From Candidatus Poribacteria bacterium (GTDB lineage Bacteria; Poribacteria; WGA-4E; JAJDTR01): a stretch of 64,000 bases of DNA. Shown piece after piece: positions 1 through 9,475 of this stretch. Within the stretch, counting starts at the first letter, position 1, and every line of letters begins with the position of its first letter. A program made the translations under genes and the position numbers. Where the stretch lies: contig CBDCTK010000002.1 in NCBI GenBank assembly GCA_965222225.1, positions 3,104,001 through 3,168,000 of the forward strand. Reading direction: 5' to 3'. The notes beneath the pieces were generated by a model that was not told the DNA's origin, ran no database searches, and saw only the letters and a program-made list of their open reading frames with translations.

Positions 1-1
1 G

Positions 2-1360
2 CATGGCGTCGTCCTCGAACCCTCCCTTCCTACCGATTATGACGACAACGATCCACACGGCAATCCCGTGTCGCTTGACTTCGGTTTCATGACGTCCGTC
101 CTTTGGAACGAGGATGCGGAGAAATTCCAGATGTGGTATATGGCATGGCGTCACGCCGGCACCGGCTACGCCGAGTCGACGGACGGAATTCACTGGACAA
201 AACCGTCGATCGGCGTCGGAGTCACCGATGAAGAACCGGGGAACATCATCAAGCGCGCCCAGTCCTTTAGTTGTGTGATTGACCCGACCGTGCCGTGGGG
301 GCATCCCGAAAAGTTCAAAGCCGGATTGGAGAGCAACTTGGACGACGTGTGTCAGGCGGATCTGGCTTATTCGGCGGACGGGATACACTGGAACGACTAC
401 AACAACGACGCGCCGGTCACGGGGAGAGCCGCGGATTTTGACAACCAAATCCTGTGGGACCCCATCAAAGGCAAATACCGCCTTATGACCCGCACCGATA
501 TGGGCGCCATCGGGGGACCGAAGGAGTACCGAGCGTTTCGCATTATGTACCACCGCACGAATGACCTGATGAACGATCCCACGAACTGGGAGACGGTAGC
601 CGACCGGATTGTGGTCGACGACCCCCCGGGTGAACTCACTCCGGATGGCGTGCCCCGGCTGCAATTTCACTGGGTGACGAATTGGATCTACGAAGGGATT
701 TATTTCAACCTGATAAGCCTCTACACGGAAGATCCTCTGGGCATGGATTCCCCAACGTGCGATGAGGCAATAGATTTCTATATCGGCACCGGTCGGGACG
801 AGGTCAACTTCGATCGGAGCTGGATCTATGAGCGTAAACCCTTTATCCCGCGGGGTGGAACCGGAGCGTTCGACCTCGACCGGGTACTACAAGCCTCGGA
901 GATATTGACCGTCGGCGACGAGCACCGGATTTACTACACCGGCAGAAACGAACACCCGACTCCCGGCGTCTGCGAGAGCTGGCAGAGCAACCAGATCGGG
1001 CTGGCAACGTTGCCGTTGGACAGATTTATTTGCTTTGAGGCTGGCGACGAGTGGGGTCACGTCACAACCAAGCCGTTCAGGCTTGACGGCGACACGCTCG
1101 AAGTCAACATCGACGCATCGGAGGGCGGGTTCCTCGTCGAAATCCTTGACGCGGACAATCAGCCCTATGTGGATAGCGCGAAAAAATTGGAATTTGACTG
1201 GGATAACAACCGAATATACCGAAACGTGGACGGCTTGCGGCTACAGCCCCGCTGGAGGGGCGACCGAAATCTAGAATCGTTGGTGGGGAAAATCGTCAGG
1301 CTAAGATTCCGTCTTCGCAACGCGAAGCTGTATGCGTTCCAGATTAAATCGGAAGATTGA
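2..1360 (+). CDS. Beta-propeller glycoside-hydrolase-like protein (GH32/GH130-like), 5' truncated by the window edge
   Basis: Frame is open from position 2 (HGVVLEP...). Has SxDGIHW repeats, 'KFQMWY' and the C-terminal 'LRFRLRNAKLYAF' tail shared with three paralogues in the window. Confidence 0.7.
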   Translation, partial: HGVVLEPSLPTDYDDNDPHGNPVSLDFGFMTSVLWNEDAEKFQMWYMAWRHAGTGYAESTDGIHWTKPSIGVGVTDEEPGNIIKRAQSFSCVIDPTVPWGHPEKFKAGLESNLDDVCQADLAYSADGIHWNDYNNDAPVTGRAADFDNQILWDPIKGKYRLMTRTDMGAIGGPKEYRAFRIMYHRTNDLMNDPTNWETVADRIVVDDPPGELTPDGVPRLQFHWVTNWIYEGIYFNLISLYTEDPLGMDSPTCDEAIDFYIGTGRDEVNFDRSWIYERKPFIPRGGTGAFDLDRVLQASEILTVGDEHRIYYTGRNEHPTPGVCESWQSNQIGLATLPLDRFICFEAGDEWGHVTTKPFRLDGDTLEVNIDASEGGFLVEILDADNQPYVDSAKKLEFDWDNNRIYRNVDGLRLQPRWRGDRNLESLVGKIVRLRFRLRNAKLYAFQIKSED

Positions 1361-1405
1361 ACCCCTGCGATGTGCAGAATCTGACGCTTCCTACTGTGGG
1401 CGGGA

Positions 1406-1441
1406 ATCAAGCGAGTGAAAAGCGAGCGCGATAGAAATCCT
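1406..1441 (+). repeat. 36-nt structured dispersed element (copy A) inside a GCGGGGCAAG-type REP hairpin
   Basis: ATCAAGCGAGTGAAAAGCGAGCGCGATAGAAATCCT matches nine other copies; flanks GTGGGCGGGA / GTCTTGCCCCGCC resemble the intact hairpin at 21761-21784. Confidence 0.85.
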
Positions 1442-1585
1442 GTCTTGCCCCGCCATGCGCATACGATCACGCTCGGACAATCGCTCGCTTAATCTATCCG
1501 CACGGCTGATCGATGGAAATTCTATAAAACTTCCCAAGATATAACGCATCTACCTATGTGCAATTGCTCCCGGAAATAAAGTCAA

Positions 1586-3130
1586 ATGTTCACTCGACGA
1601 GAACTGCTGAAAACCCTTGGAGGTGCAGCTATGGCATCAGCGCTTGCGCCGTACTCTGCGGCGGCTGTTGATGAGAGGCAAGACAAACCGAATATCGTAC
1701 TAATTGTCGCGGACGACATGGGCTGGTCGGACGCGGGATGCTACGGCGGTGAAATAAACACGCCGAGTATCGACAGCCTAGCCAGCGACGGGTTGCGATT
1801 CAACCAGTTTTACGTGAATCCCGTCTGTGCCCCCTCTCGCGCGGCGTTAATGACCGGCTTGTATCCTCGCAATTACAAGGGATCGACGAGCGCGCTAACC
1901 CCGAACATGGTGACCGTGGCACAGGCATTGCGTTCCGCAGGATATCGCACCTCGATTAGCGGCAAGTGGAATTGTCAGCGCCAGAACCCGAACACTCCCT
2001 TGGCGTGGGGTTTTGAGGAGTTCTACGGTTTTCCCGATATGCCGTCGAACTATTTCAATCCGGCGCTGGAAGACATGAAATTCGGCGGTTTCCGCCCGCC
2101 GTTCGAGCATAACGGCGAAGCGATTTGGGAGTTTCCGGACGACTTTTACGTGACCGATGCGATCAATAATCATGCCGTGGACATGATTAAACGGTACAGC
2201 GAGGGTTCGGACCCGTTTTGCGCTTATGTGGCGCATTTGGCGCCGCACAATCCGCTCCAAGCCAGACCGGAAGATATTGAACGATACCGTGGCAAATTCA
2301 TGGATGGCTGGGATGCGTTGCGCCATGAACGCCATGAACGCCAACTAAAAATGGGATTGGTGGACCCGGAATGGGGTTTGCTCGATTACGGCGACAATTC
2401 CGGCACCACGCCGTGGGCGAATGCGGAACATAAGGAGTGGCAGGACTTGCGGATGGCGGTTTACGCCGCTATGATTGACTGCATGGATAGGGGTATTGGC
2501 CGCATTCTACAGGCGCTCAGGGATTGCGGCGCGGATCGCAACACAATTGTTCTGTTTTTGTCGGACAACGGCGGCGATGCGGGCAACATGAGGTGGGATA
2601 GTCCGGACATTCCCCCCGGCGGCGTTGATACGTACTGTGCGTGCGGCACCGAGTGGGGGATCATGCACAACACTCCATTGCGTGGTTCCAAAGCCGGAGT
2701 CCATGAGGGCGGCATTGCTACACCGCTCATTGTGCGTTGGCACGATGCGATTCAAACGGGCGGTGAAATCACGAACCAAGTCGGTCATGTGATGGATCTT
2801 CTGCCTACGTTCTGCGATGTCGCCGGCGTTCAGTATCCCGACGAATACAACGGAGAAGAGATTATTCCCTGTGAAGGATTGAGCCTTCTTCCTATCTTCC
2901 AAGGGCAGCAGCGCGACGCCCACGAATGGCTGTTCTGGGAGCATAACGGCAAGAAGGCTGTCCGCCACGGAGACTGGAAATTAGTTGGACGCGACGGCCC
3001 TGCGAATTGGGAATTGTACGGCCTTGAATCCGACCGTACGGAGTTGAGGAACGTGGCGGAGAAGGAGCCAGAGCGCGTGAAGTTGATGGCGCAGGCATGG
3101 TCAGACTGGGCGGATCGGACGAACGGATGA
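1586..3130 (+). CDS. Arylsulfatase (Cys-type) with Tat signal peptide
   Basis: N-terminal TRRELLK twin-arginine motif, 'PNIVLIVADDMG', CAPSR catalytic motif, GKW, 'SDNGG' and 'EGGIATP'. Confidence 0.93.
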   Translation: MFTRRELLKTLGGAAMASALAPYSAAAVDERQDKPNIVLIVADDMGWSDAGCYGGEINTPSIDSLASDGLRFNQFYVNPVCAPSRAALMTGLYPRNYKGSTSALTPNMVTVAQALRSAGYRTSISGKWNCQRQNPNTPLAWGFEEFYGFPDMPSNYFNPALEDMKFGGFRPPFEHNGEAIWEFPDDFYVTDAINNHAVDMIKRYSEGSDPFCAYVAHLAPHNPLQARPEDIERYRGKFMDGWDALRHERHERQLKMGLVDPEWGLLDYGDNSGTTPWANAEHKEWQDLRMAVYAAMIDCMDRGIGRILQALRDCGADRNTIVLFLSDNGGDAGNMRWDSPDIPPGGVDTYCACGTEWGIMHNTPLRGSKAGVHEGGIATPLIVRWHDAIQTGGEITNQVGHVMDLLPTFCDVAGVQYPDEYNGEEIIPCEGLSLLPIFQGQQRDAHEWLFWEHNGKKAVRHGDWKLVGRDGPANWELYGLESDRTELRNVAEKEPERVKLMAQAWSDWADRTNG

Positions 3131-3184
3131 GGAATTAGGTTAATCGGGAATTAGGAGGCAACAGTCAGCACTGTCGCTGATCCG

Positions 3185-3499
3185 CTACGACGGGTTATCC
3201 CTTGCTTCTATCGAAAATCTGAACCCTAATCCAGGCAAAATTTTGCCCATTGTATTGAGTTGCGGGTTTCCATTCTCGGAAAGGGCTTTATAGAGTCCTT
3301 CACGGGTTAGGTCGACACGATTAGCCAACTTGGACATGCCACCCTGCGCTTCCGCCACATCACGCACTGCGAGCAGGAATGCTTCTATATCTTCGTCTTT
3401 CTCATAATCCTCAAGCGCAACGGAAAGGTATATCTTTGCGTCCTCCGGATCTCGTAATTGCTCAATATGTAAGTCTTTGAAACGTCTATAATTGCTCAT
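3185..3499 (-). CDS. Putative addiction-module antidote protein (HI1420-like HTH)
   Basis: 'YLSVALED...FLLAVRDVAEAQGGMSKLA...REGLYKALSENGNPQL' is the typical family pattern. Confidence 0.88.
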   Translation of the reverse strand: MSNYRRFKDLHIEQLRDPEDAKIYLSVALEDYEKDEDIEAFLLAVRDVAEAQGGMSKLANRVDLTREGLYKALSENGNPQLNTMGKILPGLGFRFSIEARDNPS

Positions 3500-3543
3500 G
3501 TTCTAACTCCCTTGCCCGATGTTCCTTCTAGGCTGGAGTTTAC

Positions 3544-3574
3544 AAAGGCTGGTGAGCAGTGCCCACCCTACAAA
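3544..3574. repeat. GTAG-type REP hairpin
   Basis: AAAGGCTGGTGAGCAGTGCCCACCCTACAAA; near-identical copy at 7210-7240, variants at 5458-5485 and 28031-28095. Confidence 0.8.
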
Positions 3575-3602
3575 GCCATAGTTCTAGAGATAAAAAGGGT
3601 TT

Positions 3603-4742
3603 TTACACGAAAACGCGGGGCAACAGGGGATTGATCCGGGTGACTATCTCATAAACGACCGTATCTATTTTCTCCGCAAGTTCTTCGGCGGTTATCTGCT
3701 CCTCGCCCGCTCCCCCAAGGAGCACCACCTCATCGCCGAGGCGCGCCTCGGGAACCCCTGACACGTTGACGACGGTTTGGTTCATACATACGCGCCCCAC
3801 TACGGGACAGCGCACCCCTTGAATCAGCACTTCCGCTTTGTTTGAGAGCCCGCGGTCATACCCGTCGAAATGGCCTATCGGCAGAATTGCCAAGGTTTCC
3901 TCACGTCTTGTACGATAGGTGCCGCCATAACTCACCAATGAGCCTTTGGGCACTCGCTTGACCTGCACGATTCGAGTTTTCCACGTGAGCGCCGGTTGAA
4001 GCGAAAACTCGGGATGGCGTATTTCCATCTGTGCGCGGCAGTGGCTGGAGGGGTACAATCCGTATAGAGAGATACCGATGCGGCAGGCGTTGCCGAGGAG
4101 ATTCTCGCGCATACTGCCTGCCGAGTTATACAGATGATGCAGGGGTATGGAGATTCCGCGCTCGCTTAATTGGTCTTGCAGCGTTCTAAAACGCGATTCT
4201 TGTACCTCCGTGAAACCGCTCTCCTCATCCGCTGTCCCAAGATGCGAAAACAGCCCTTGGATGGTTATTGCGGGCGTTTTTCGGGCTACCTCGATAAATT
4301 CAAGCGCCTCGGTTTCAAGCACCCCAAACCGCCGCATACCGGTATCTACTTTGATATGAATTCGCGCGGTGCGATTCGTCTCGGCGGCGGCGGCTTGAAG
4401 CGCGCCCAGCATCTCTAGGTTATATACCGAAAGTTCAAGCCCCTTTTCTAGTGCCTCCTTGAGCAACCTTTCATCCCCGCAATCCACGTTACCCATTATC
4501 AGCAGTTTTTGATTGATTCCATTCTTCCGTAACTCCAGCCCCTCCTCAATTGACGAGATTGCCATATAGGCAACCTCGCCCTTAATCGCCTCTGCCACGC
4601 CGGACATTCCGTGACCGTACGCATTCGCCTTGATGACGGCGATAGGCGTGAATTCAGGGGGGAGAATCGCCTTTAGCTGACCGAGGTTATGTTTGAGCGC
4701 TTTTTTGGATACTTCAACTGTGGCGAGCGGCATTTGTCTCAA
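3603..4742 (-). CDS. alr: Alanine racemase (alternative ATG start at 4733)
   Basis: PLP-lysine motif AVIKANAYGHG, 'HIKVDTGMRRFG', 'VSYGGTY', 'GRVCMN' and 'YEIVT'. Confidence 0.96.
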   Translation of the reverse strand: MRQMPLATVEVSKKALKHNLGQLKAILPPEFTPIAVIKANAYGHGMSGVAEAIKGEVAYMAISSIEEGLELRKNGINQKLLIMGNVDCGDERLLKEALEKGLELSVYNLEMLGALQAAAAETNRTARIHIKVDTGMRRFGVLETEALEFIEVARKTPAITIQGLFSHLGTADEESGFTEVQESRFRTLQDQLSERGISIPLHHLYNSAGSMRENLLGNACRIGISLYGLYPSSHCRAQMEIRHPEFSLQPALTWKTRIVQVKRVPKGSLVSYGGTYRTRREETLAILPIGHFDGYDRGLSNKAEVLIQGVRCPVVGRVCMNQTVVNVSGVPEARLGDEVVLLGGAGEEQITAEELAEKIDTVVYEIVTRINPLLPRVFV

Positions 4743-4809
4743 CTAGGAGGGGATGGGTACGAGAGAACGGAGCGGGATAAAGGGAGATCAAACAAGCGGA
4801 TAGCGAGCA

Positions 4810-4845
4810 AGATTTTCTATCGCCCTCCCTGTCCGGTCGGTTGAT
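4810..4845 (-). repeat. 36-nt structured dispersed element (copy B), next to a partial copy at 4787-4808
   Basis: Reverse complement is ATCAACCGACCGGACAGGGAGGGCGATAGAAAATCT. Confidence 0.8.
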
Positions 4846-4856
4846 CCTCGCCGCTA

Positions 4857-5315
4857 CTAGTTGATCCAGTCGAGTGCAACTTTGACGACGACTTTGTGAA
4901 CGACTTCGTCCGTTCCCATCGGCGCGTGCGCGTCTTCCGGGAAGAAGATAACAAAATTGCCTGCGGGCACCGTTGTCCATCTCGACGGCGGATTTGAAAA
5001 CAACGTGGCATCGGATTCAGGCATATAGCCGTTCTCATCCGGTTCGCAGACCGCGAGATCTTCCCAAGCGATATCGTCATAGCCCGCGACCGTAAACTGT
5101 ATGTCGATAAACTGCCTGTGCGATTCAAATTTCGCCGCGGCTTTTCCCTTCCCTTTGGCTCTCATCACCATGGCATGCAACTGTTCGCCTGCGATTTCGT
5201 TTCTGCCGTCGGGGATTTCGGCGAGATCGCCGCGTTTCAGAAATTGAAAGGCGGCCTCAAAGCCGGGGTGCAGGGGAAAATAGCGGGATGCGTTCTCAAG
5301 ACTATCTAATATCAT
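4857..5315 (-). CDS. YhcH/YjgK/YiaL family protein
   Basis: 'FESHRQFIDIQF' and 'FVIFFPEDAHAP...KVVVKV' family motifs. Confidence 0.92.
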   Translation of the reverse strand: MILDSLENASRYFPLHPGFEAAFQFLKRGDLAEIPDGRNEIAGEQLHAMVMRAKGKGKAAAKFESHRQFIDIQFTVAGYDDIAWEDLAVCEPDENGYMPESDATLFSNPPSRWTTVPAGNFVIFFPEDAHAPMGTDEVVHKVVVKVALDWIN

Positions 5316-5457
5316 CTGATGCTCCTTCGGTAGTGGCGGTCACAAAATCTATGTTGTTTTCGCGGCTAACTATCCTGATTCGTTGTCGGCGATTCTACTA
5401 TCTTTCGAGATTATGGTCAATAGAAAACGGAATTCCACGACCCAAGCACCAGTTTTT

Positions 5458-5607
5458 GTAGGGTGCGCATGGCGCACCAGCCTTTCGCTCTTGGTTTCTT
5501 GTAGGAGCGAGTTGTACTCGCGATTCCTCTCTAGGTGCAATCTCCTGGTCGCGAGCTGGAGAGAGAGATCTATCGCCCTCACTATTCGTTCGGTTGATCG
5601 CTCCTAC
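5458..5607. repeat. Cluster of GTAG-type REP hairpins
   Basis: GTAGGGTGCGCATGGCGCACC at 5458, GTAGGAGCGAGTTGTACTCGCG at 5501 and an inverted ...CGCTCCTAC ending at 5607. Confidence 0.75.
5563..5598 (-). repeat. 36-nt structured dispersed element (copy C) inside a REP
   Basis: Reverse complement is ATCAACCGAACGAATAGTGAGGGCGATAGATCTCTC; it interrupts CGCGAGCTGGA...CGCTCCTAC. Confidence 0.85.
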
Positions 5608-5620
5608 ATGCTCACGGGAA

Positions 5621-7006
5621 TTATCTTATCCGGAACGCGTAGAGTTTTGCGTTGCGGAGCTGAAATCTAAGGCGAACCTTCTTGCCTCGGAGCCGATCCA
5701 AATCTCGGCTCTCCGCCCATTTCACGGGGGAGTCCGTGACCGTGGCACCAACAGGTTCACTGACGGCTTGCTGTTCGCCCGCCTCATCCAGAATTGCCAC
5801 GCGAATTTCCCCGTCATCCCTCACATCGGCGGTTATGCCGACGATTTCTCCGTCAAAGTCTAACGCCTCGGTTGTTATGAGAGCTTCGGTCCCCGCTGAG
5901 ACGGGTTCGTAGCCTGCCCAGCCATCCGGTCGGAGTGTGGCAAGCGCAAGGTATCCTTTGCGCCAGTCGAAAAAGTACCAATCGCAGGCGCCGTAATAAA
6001 TCCGAATCTCATCCCCCAAGAAAATCGGTGCGGAGGCGAAGATAGTTCCCCAGTCATACGGCATCTCCCCATAGCGTGCAGCACCTCCCGGGGTGTTCCC
6101 GATAAGCGGCACACCTTCTTGGATGCGATGCCATGTGAAGGTGTCTGGACTCCATGCCAATTCGACGTGCTGCTTCACACCGGCGGCGGAATCTTTCGGG
6201 TCTTCTGGGTACGTCATCATCCCCAACAATCCGATATAGATGCCGTGTGTCGGAAACACAATCATATCGTGAGCTTGAAGACGCGAGTTGGGGCCCACAA
6301 GAACCGTTTTATCTTCGGTCCACTTCACAAAATCGGGAGACTCCGCCCGCGTGACCAGTCGAATCCCATCCGCGTGTTGGCGCGTGATGCCCACATATTT
6401 GCCCAGACTTGGCGCCCAGAAGGCGTTGGCATGGGTGCCGTGCGCCTCAATCTCCGCAATCGGGATGGGATCATCCCAATGCAAGCCGTCCGCCGAAAAC
6501 ACCACTTCCATTTGCGGATTACCGCAATGGAACATTTTATAGCGCCTCGCCGGATCGGTCTCGCGATAGTCCTTGAAGACACCGGCACCGTGAATCTCGC
6601 GCACGAGGAGATTGTTCCGTTTGTCCCCATCAAACTCAACCAGACCGATATCGGGTTTGTCCCAACGGATGCCGTCGGTTGAGACCGCGTAGCAAAGCCC
6701 CAGTTCCCGATGGTCGGGTTTGACATCCGAGTAGTTGAGCGACTCGGGATTGCGCTTCTCCGGCGGTACACAGGTCACCCGCTCGTCAATGATGAACGGA
6801 TTGTACCAACACTTGTAGATTTCATCGTCTTCATCATAAATGACGTTGGCGTACACATTGTCGAAACGGGGTTCCCACGGTTTATCCTCGGCGAAAAGCG
6901 GGTTCTGCGGGTGCTTGGAAACTTCACCAACGGTGAGTTTTGCGTCCACGGTCTCGTCAATGATGCGAGAATCCAGCACTAGGTGCCGGGTTTGTTCGGT
7001 ACTCAT
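5621..7006 (-). CDS. Beta-propeller glycoside-hydrolase-like protein (GH32/GH130-like)
   Basis: 'YAVSTDGIRWDKP', 'YIGLL', 'LATLRPDGW' and C-terminal 'LRFQLRNAKLYAF'; AGGAG RBS upstream. Confidence 0.72.
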   Translation of the reverse strand: MSTEQTRHLVLDSRIIDETVDAKLTVGEVSKHPQNPLFAEDKPWEPRFDNVYANVIYDEDDEIYKCWYNPFIIDERVTCVPPEKRNPESLNYSDVKPDHRELGLCYAVSTDGIRWDKPDIGLVEFDGDKRNNLLVREIHGAGVFKDYRETDPARRYKMFHCGNPQMEVVFSADGLHWDDPIPIAEIEAHGTHANAFWAPSLGKYVGITRQHADGIRLVTRAESPDFVKWTEDKTVLVGPNSRLQAHDMIVFPTHGIYIGLLGMMTYPEDPKDSAAGVKQHVELAWSPDTFTWHRIQEGVPLIGNTPGGAARYGEMPYDWGTIFASAPIFLGDEIRIYYGACDWYFFDWRKGYLALATLRPDGWAGYEPVSAGTEALITTEALDFDGEIVGITADVRDDGEIRVAILDEAGEQQAVSEPVGATVTDSPVKWAESRDLDRLRGKKVRLRFQLRNAKLYAFRIR

Positions 7007-7028
7007 ATATCTTCTCCTTGATGCTGTA

Positions 7029-7093
7029 ATACCATTTTCCTATATTTGCAATGCATTAAGAGTGTCAATCAAGTCTTTCCAATGCGGGGCAAG
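7029..7093 (-). promoter_or_regulatory. 65-bp upstream module shared with 21707-21771 (extended -10-like TGGTAT(T/A)AC plus REP half)
   Basis: Ungapped alignment to 21707-21771 gives 53/65 identities by hand count; both lie just upstream of minus-strand genes. Confidence 0.6.
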
Positions 7094-7193
7094 GGGATCT
7101 CTATCGATCAACTGAGATCAAGCGAATGAATAGTGAGCGCGATAGAGATCTTATAGCGAAGGCGATAGCAAATCCTGCTCACTATCCCTTAAT
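7094..7193. repeat. Triply nested 36-nt elements (intact innermost copy D at 7117-7152)
   Basis: Outer copy halves at 7094-7106 and 7177-7193, middle copy halves at 7107-7116 and 7153-7176, inner copy ATCAAGCGAATGAATAGTGAGCGCGATAGAGATCTT. Confidence 0.78.
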
Positions 7194-7209
7194 CCCACGC
7201 CGGGGCCTC

Positions 7210-7240
7210 AAAGGCTGGTGGGCAGTGCCCACCCTACAAA
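7210..7240. repeat. GTAG-type REP hairpin
   Basis: AAAGGCTGGTGGGCAGTGCCCACCCTACAAA, stem GGTGGGC/GCCCACC. Confidence 0.8.
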
Positions 7241-7311
7241 TGTACTTTGCGGATTGAGTTTGGCAGTCGGTTACAACTAGCCCTAAACCGCGAAATCGCG
7301 CCTGTGAAGGA

Positions 7312-7980
7312 TTACCACGTAAGCATCTCTCTGGGGAGATGGGAGATTCTGTGCAGGTAGCGTAACTGCGCACCTTCTCGGGTTTTTCGGATTTTACTAA
7401 ACGCTCCATTGCGGTGAGGGAATCGGTCGGGATCGTCATTGGGCGGCAGGTCGAAAAATGCGCCAACCATCGTCGCCAGAAATCCGCCGTGGGAGACCAC
7501 CGCCACCCGCTCATCGGATTCGCCGTGGATCGTTTCCGCCTGTTGAATGAACGCGCCCGCATCGCGATATGAACGCCGGAGCATCAATTCGACGTTCTCC
7601 CATTCCGAAAATAACCACCCCTCATCCGTGACTTCCGGAGGCAGAATCACATTCGGACAAAACTCCCTCATTTGCGTTCGGGTAAGACCGGGAAGTGTAG
7701 CGCCGTATCTGCCGACACTCGCCTCCCATATACCGTCCCATTCGTGAAGTCCAACGTAGACGTGGGGCGGAAGCGTGAGAATTCGCCCAAGAATCTCGGC
7801 GGTCTGCAAGGCTCTCAGCATCGGGCTGCAGTAAAGTCGGCGAATGCCTTTTTCTCGGAGGGCTTTGCCGACACAACCCGCTTGTCCCCGACCTAGGTTT
7901 GTCAGTGCCGGATCCGGTTCGAGGGCGCCGGGCGAGGCATTGTTAACGGATTGTCCGTGGCGGACGAGGTAGAATTCCAT
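7312..7980 (-). CDS. Histidine phosphatase (phosphoglycerate mutase-like) family protein
   Basis: 'YLVRHGQS', 'SPMLRALQTA' and 'VVSHGG'. Confidence 0.92.
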   Translation of the reverse strand: MEFYLVRHGQSVNNASPGALEPDPALTNLGRGQAGCVGKALREKGIRRLYCSPMLRALQTAEILGRILTLPPHVYVGLHEWDGIWEASVGRYGATLPGLTRTQMREFCPNVILPPEVTDEGWLFSEWENVELMLRRSYRDAGAFIQQAETIHGESDERVAVVSHGGFLATMVGAFFDLPPNDDPDRFPHRNGAFSKIRKTREGAQLRYLHRISHLPREMLTW

Positions 7981-8004
7981 AGTCTTCTTCAGGCGGTCTT
8001 GAGT

Positions 8005-9096
8005 TCAATTCTCCAACCCAGCCAACTCGTTGAAGAACCGTTCCAAGTCGGGTGACTCGCGCAGCGGGAGCGCGACCTTCTGCTTTTTCCATGATGACAC
8101 GTAGCCGGCATTGGATATCTCTGTCGTCTTTCTTCCATCTTCACCGGTTATCATCGGCGCCTTTCCATTGATGATGCAGTCGCAAAAGTGCTCCATCTCC
8201 TTGAGAAAGTGGTTGGTGCGTGTTAGCGTATCATCGATGTTGTCCAGAATCTTGGGCGTCACATCTTCGACCATGCGCTCGCGCCGATACAGTTTCATGT
8301 CAAACGGCAAGGGTGACGTATAGCTCCACAGCCCTTCAACGCGCATCTGTAACGTGGCTTCCGTGCCGAAAATGGTGTACTCCTCCAGCAACGGCTTATG
8401 AAACACGAGGGAGACGGAGTGGACGCTCACCTGCCCGTCGACATGACGTAGCGTCATTACCGATTGATCGTCTACCTCTCTGCCCTTCCACCCGATAGAC
8501 ACCTCGGCGCTCACGGTTTCCACTTCCCCCAGCCACCATCGGGACAAGTCTATGGTGTGACTGCCAAATCCCAGACATGCCAGCCCCAGTGTGCGATGCT
8601 TCATGTAGGCGGCATCCGTGCCTTGGGCATAGGTGTCCCACTGGGTGCGCACTTGGGCGACATCGCCCAGCGTTCCGTCCTTAATCATCCGGTTCGCTAG
8701 TTGAAAGCACCAGTTGAACCGCTTCATGTGCGCCGGCATCAGGATAACGCCGTTTCTATCGCAGGCTTCAATCATGCGGTCACACTCATCGATTGTCCGC
8801 GCCATCGGTTTCTCGCAGAGCACGTGCTTTCCCGCTTCGGCAATCTTGACCACATGCTCCGCGTGCAGATAATGGGGTGTGGCGACAATCACGCCATCTA
8901 TGTCCGCATCAAGGAGCATTTCGTCAATATCGGTATAGATGCGCTTCGCGCCATACACATCGCGCGCTTTTTCGGCTTTTTCCTTGACGATGTCGATAGC
9001 CGCTATGAACTCGCCGTCCCCCAAGTACCTGAACATCGGGGCATACATCGCCATAGATTGTTCACAACCCAAAACTGCTATGCCTGCCTCTGTCAT
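8005..9096 (-). CDS. Gfo/Idh/MocA family oxidoreductase
   Basis: 'VATPHYLH...AGKHVLCEKPMA' and 'GSHTIDL'. Confidence 0.92.
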   Translation of the reverse strand: MTEAGIAVLGCEQSMAMYAPMFRYLGDGEFIAAIDIVKEKAEKARDVYGAKRIYTDIDEMLLDADIDGVIVATPHYLHAEHVVKIAEAGKHVLCEKPMARTIDECDRMIEACDRNGVILMPAHMKRFNWCFQLANRMIKDGTLGDVAQVRTQWDTYAQGTDAAYMKHRTLGLACLGFGSHTIDLSRWWLGEVETVSAEVSIGWKGREVDDQSVMTLRHVDGQVSVHSVSLVFHKPLLEEYTIFGTEATLQMRVEGLWSYTSPLPFDMKLYRRERMVEDVTPKILDNIDDTLTRTNHFLKEMEHFCDCIINGKAPMITGEDGRKTTEISNAGYVSSWKKQKVALPLRESPDLERFFNELAGLEN

Positions 9097-9475
9097 TTAC
9101 CTCGCCTCCCGGACGAGATGTTGAATCGCGTACCTGTTGTATTGGTTTTTTCAAGATATAGCCCCGTTTTCGTGATGCCGTAGGGCGCTTTTTCGCTTTG
9201 ATTATAACCGCTTGACAAGTCGGAGATCCACGTTAATCGGGTGTTAAGTTAAATCGGGGTAATGACACCGATTGGATAGGCATAGGATTGGAAGGGTGGA
9301 AGATTTACTTGAAGGGTTTACGTTGTGGGAGGAGGGCTCAGCGAGACGATGAGAAACAGATGATGTACCCTCCGAGCGGGAAGGGCTAAGTCCGACGCCT
9401 GCTGTTTCGGAAGTGCCGCATTTCTAGCGCTAGGCGTATTGTGTTTTCGAGTCTAAGGACAAGGTAAAGAGAAGA

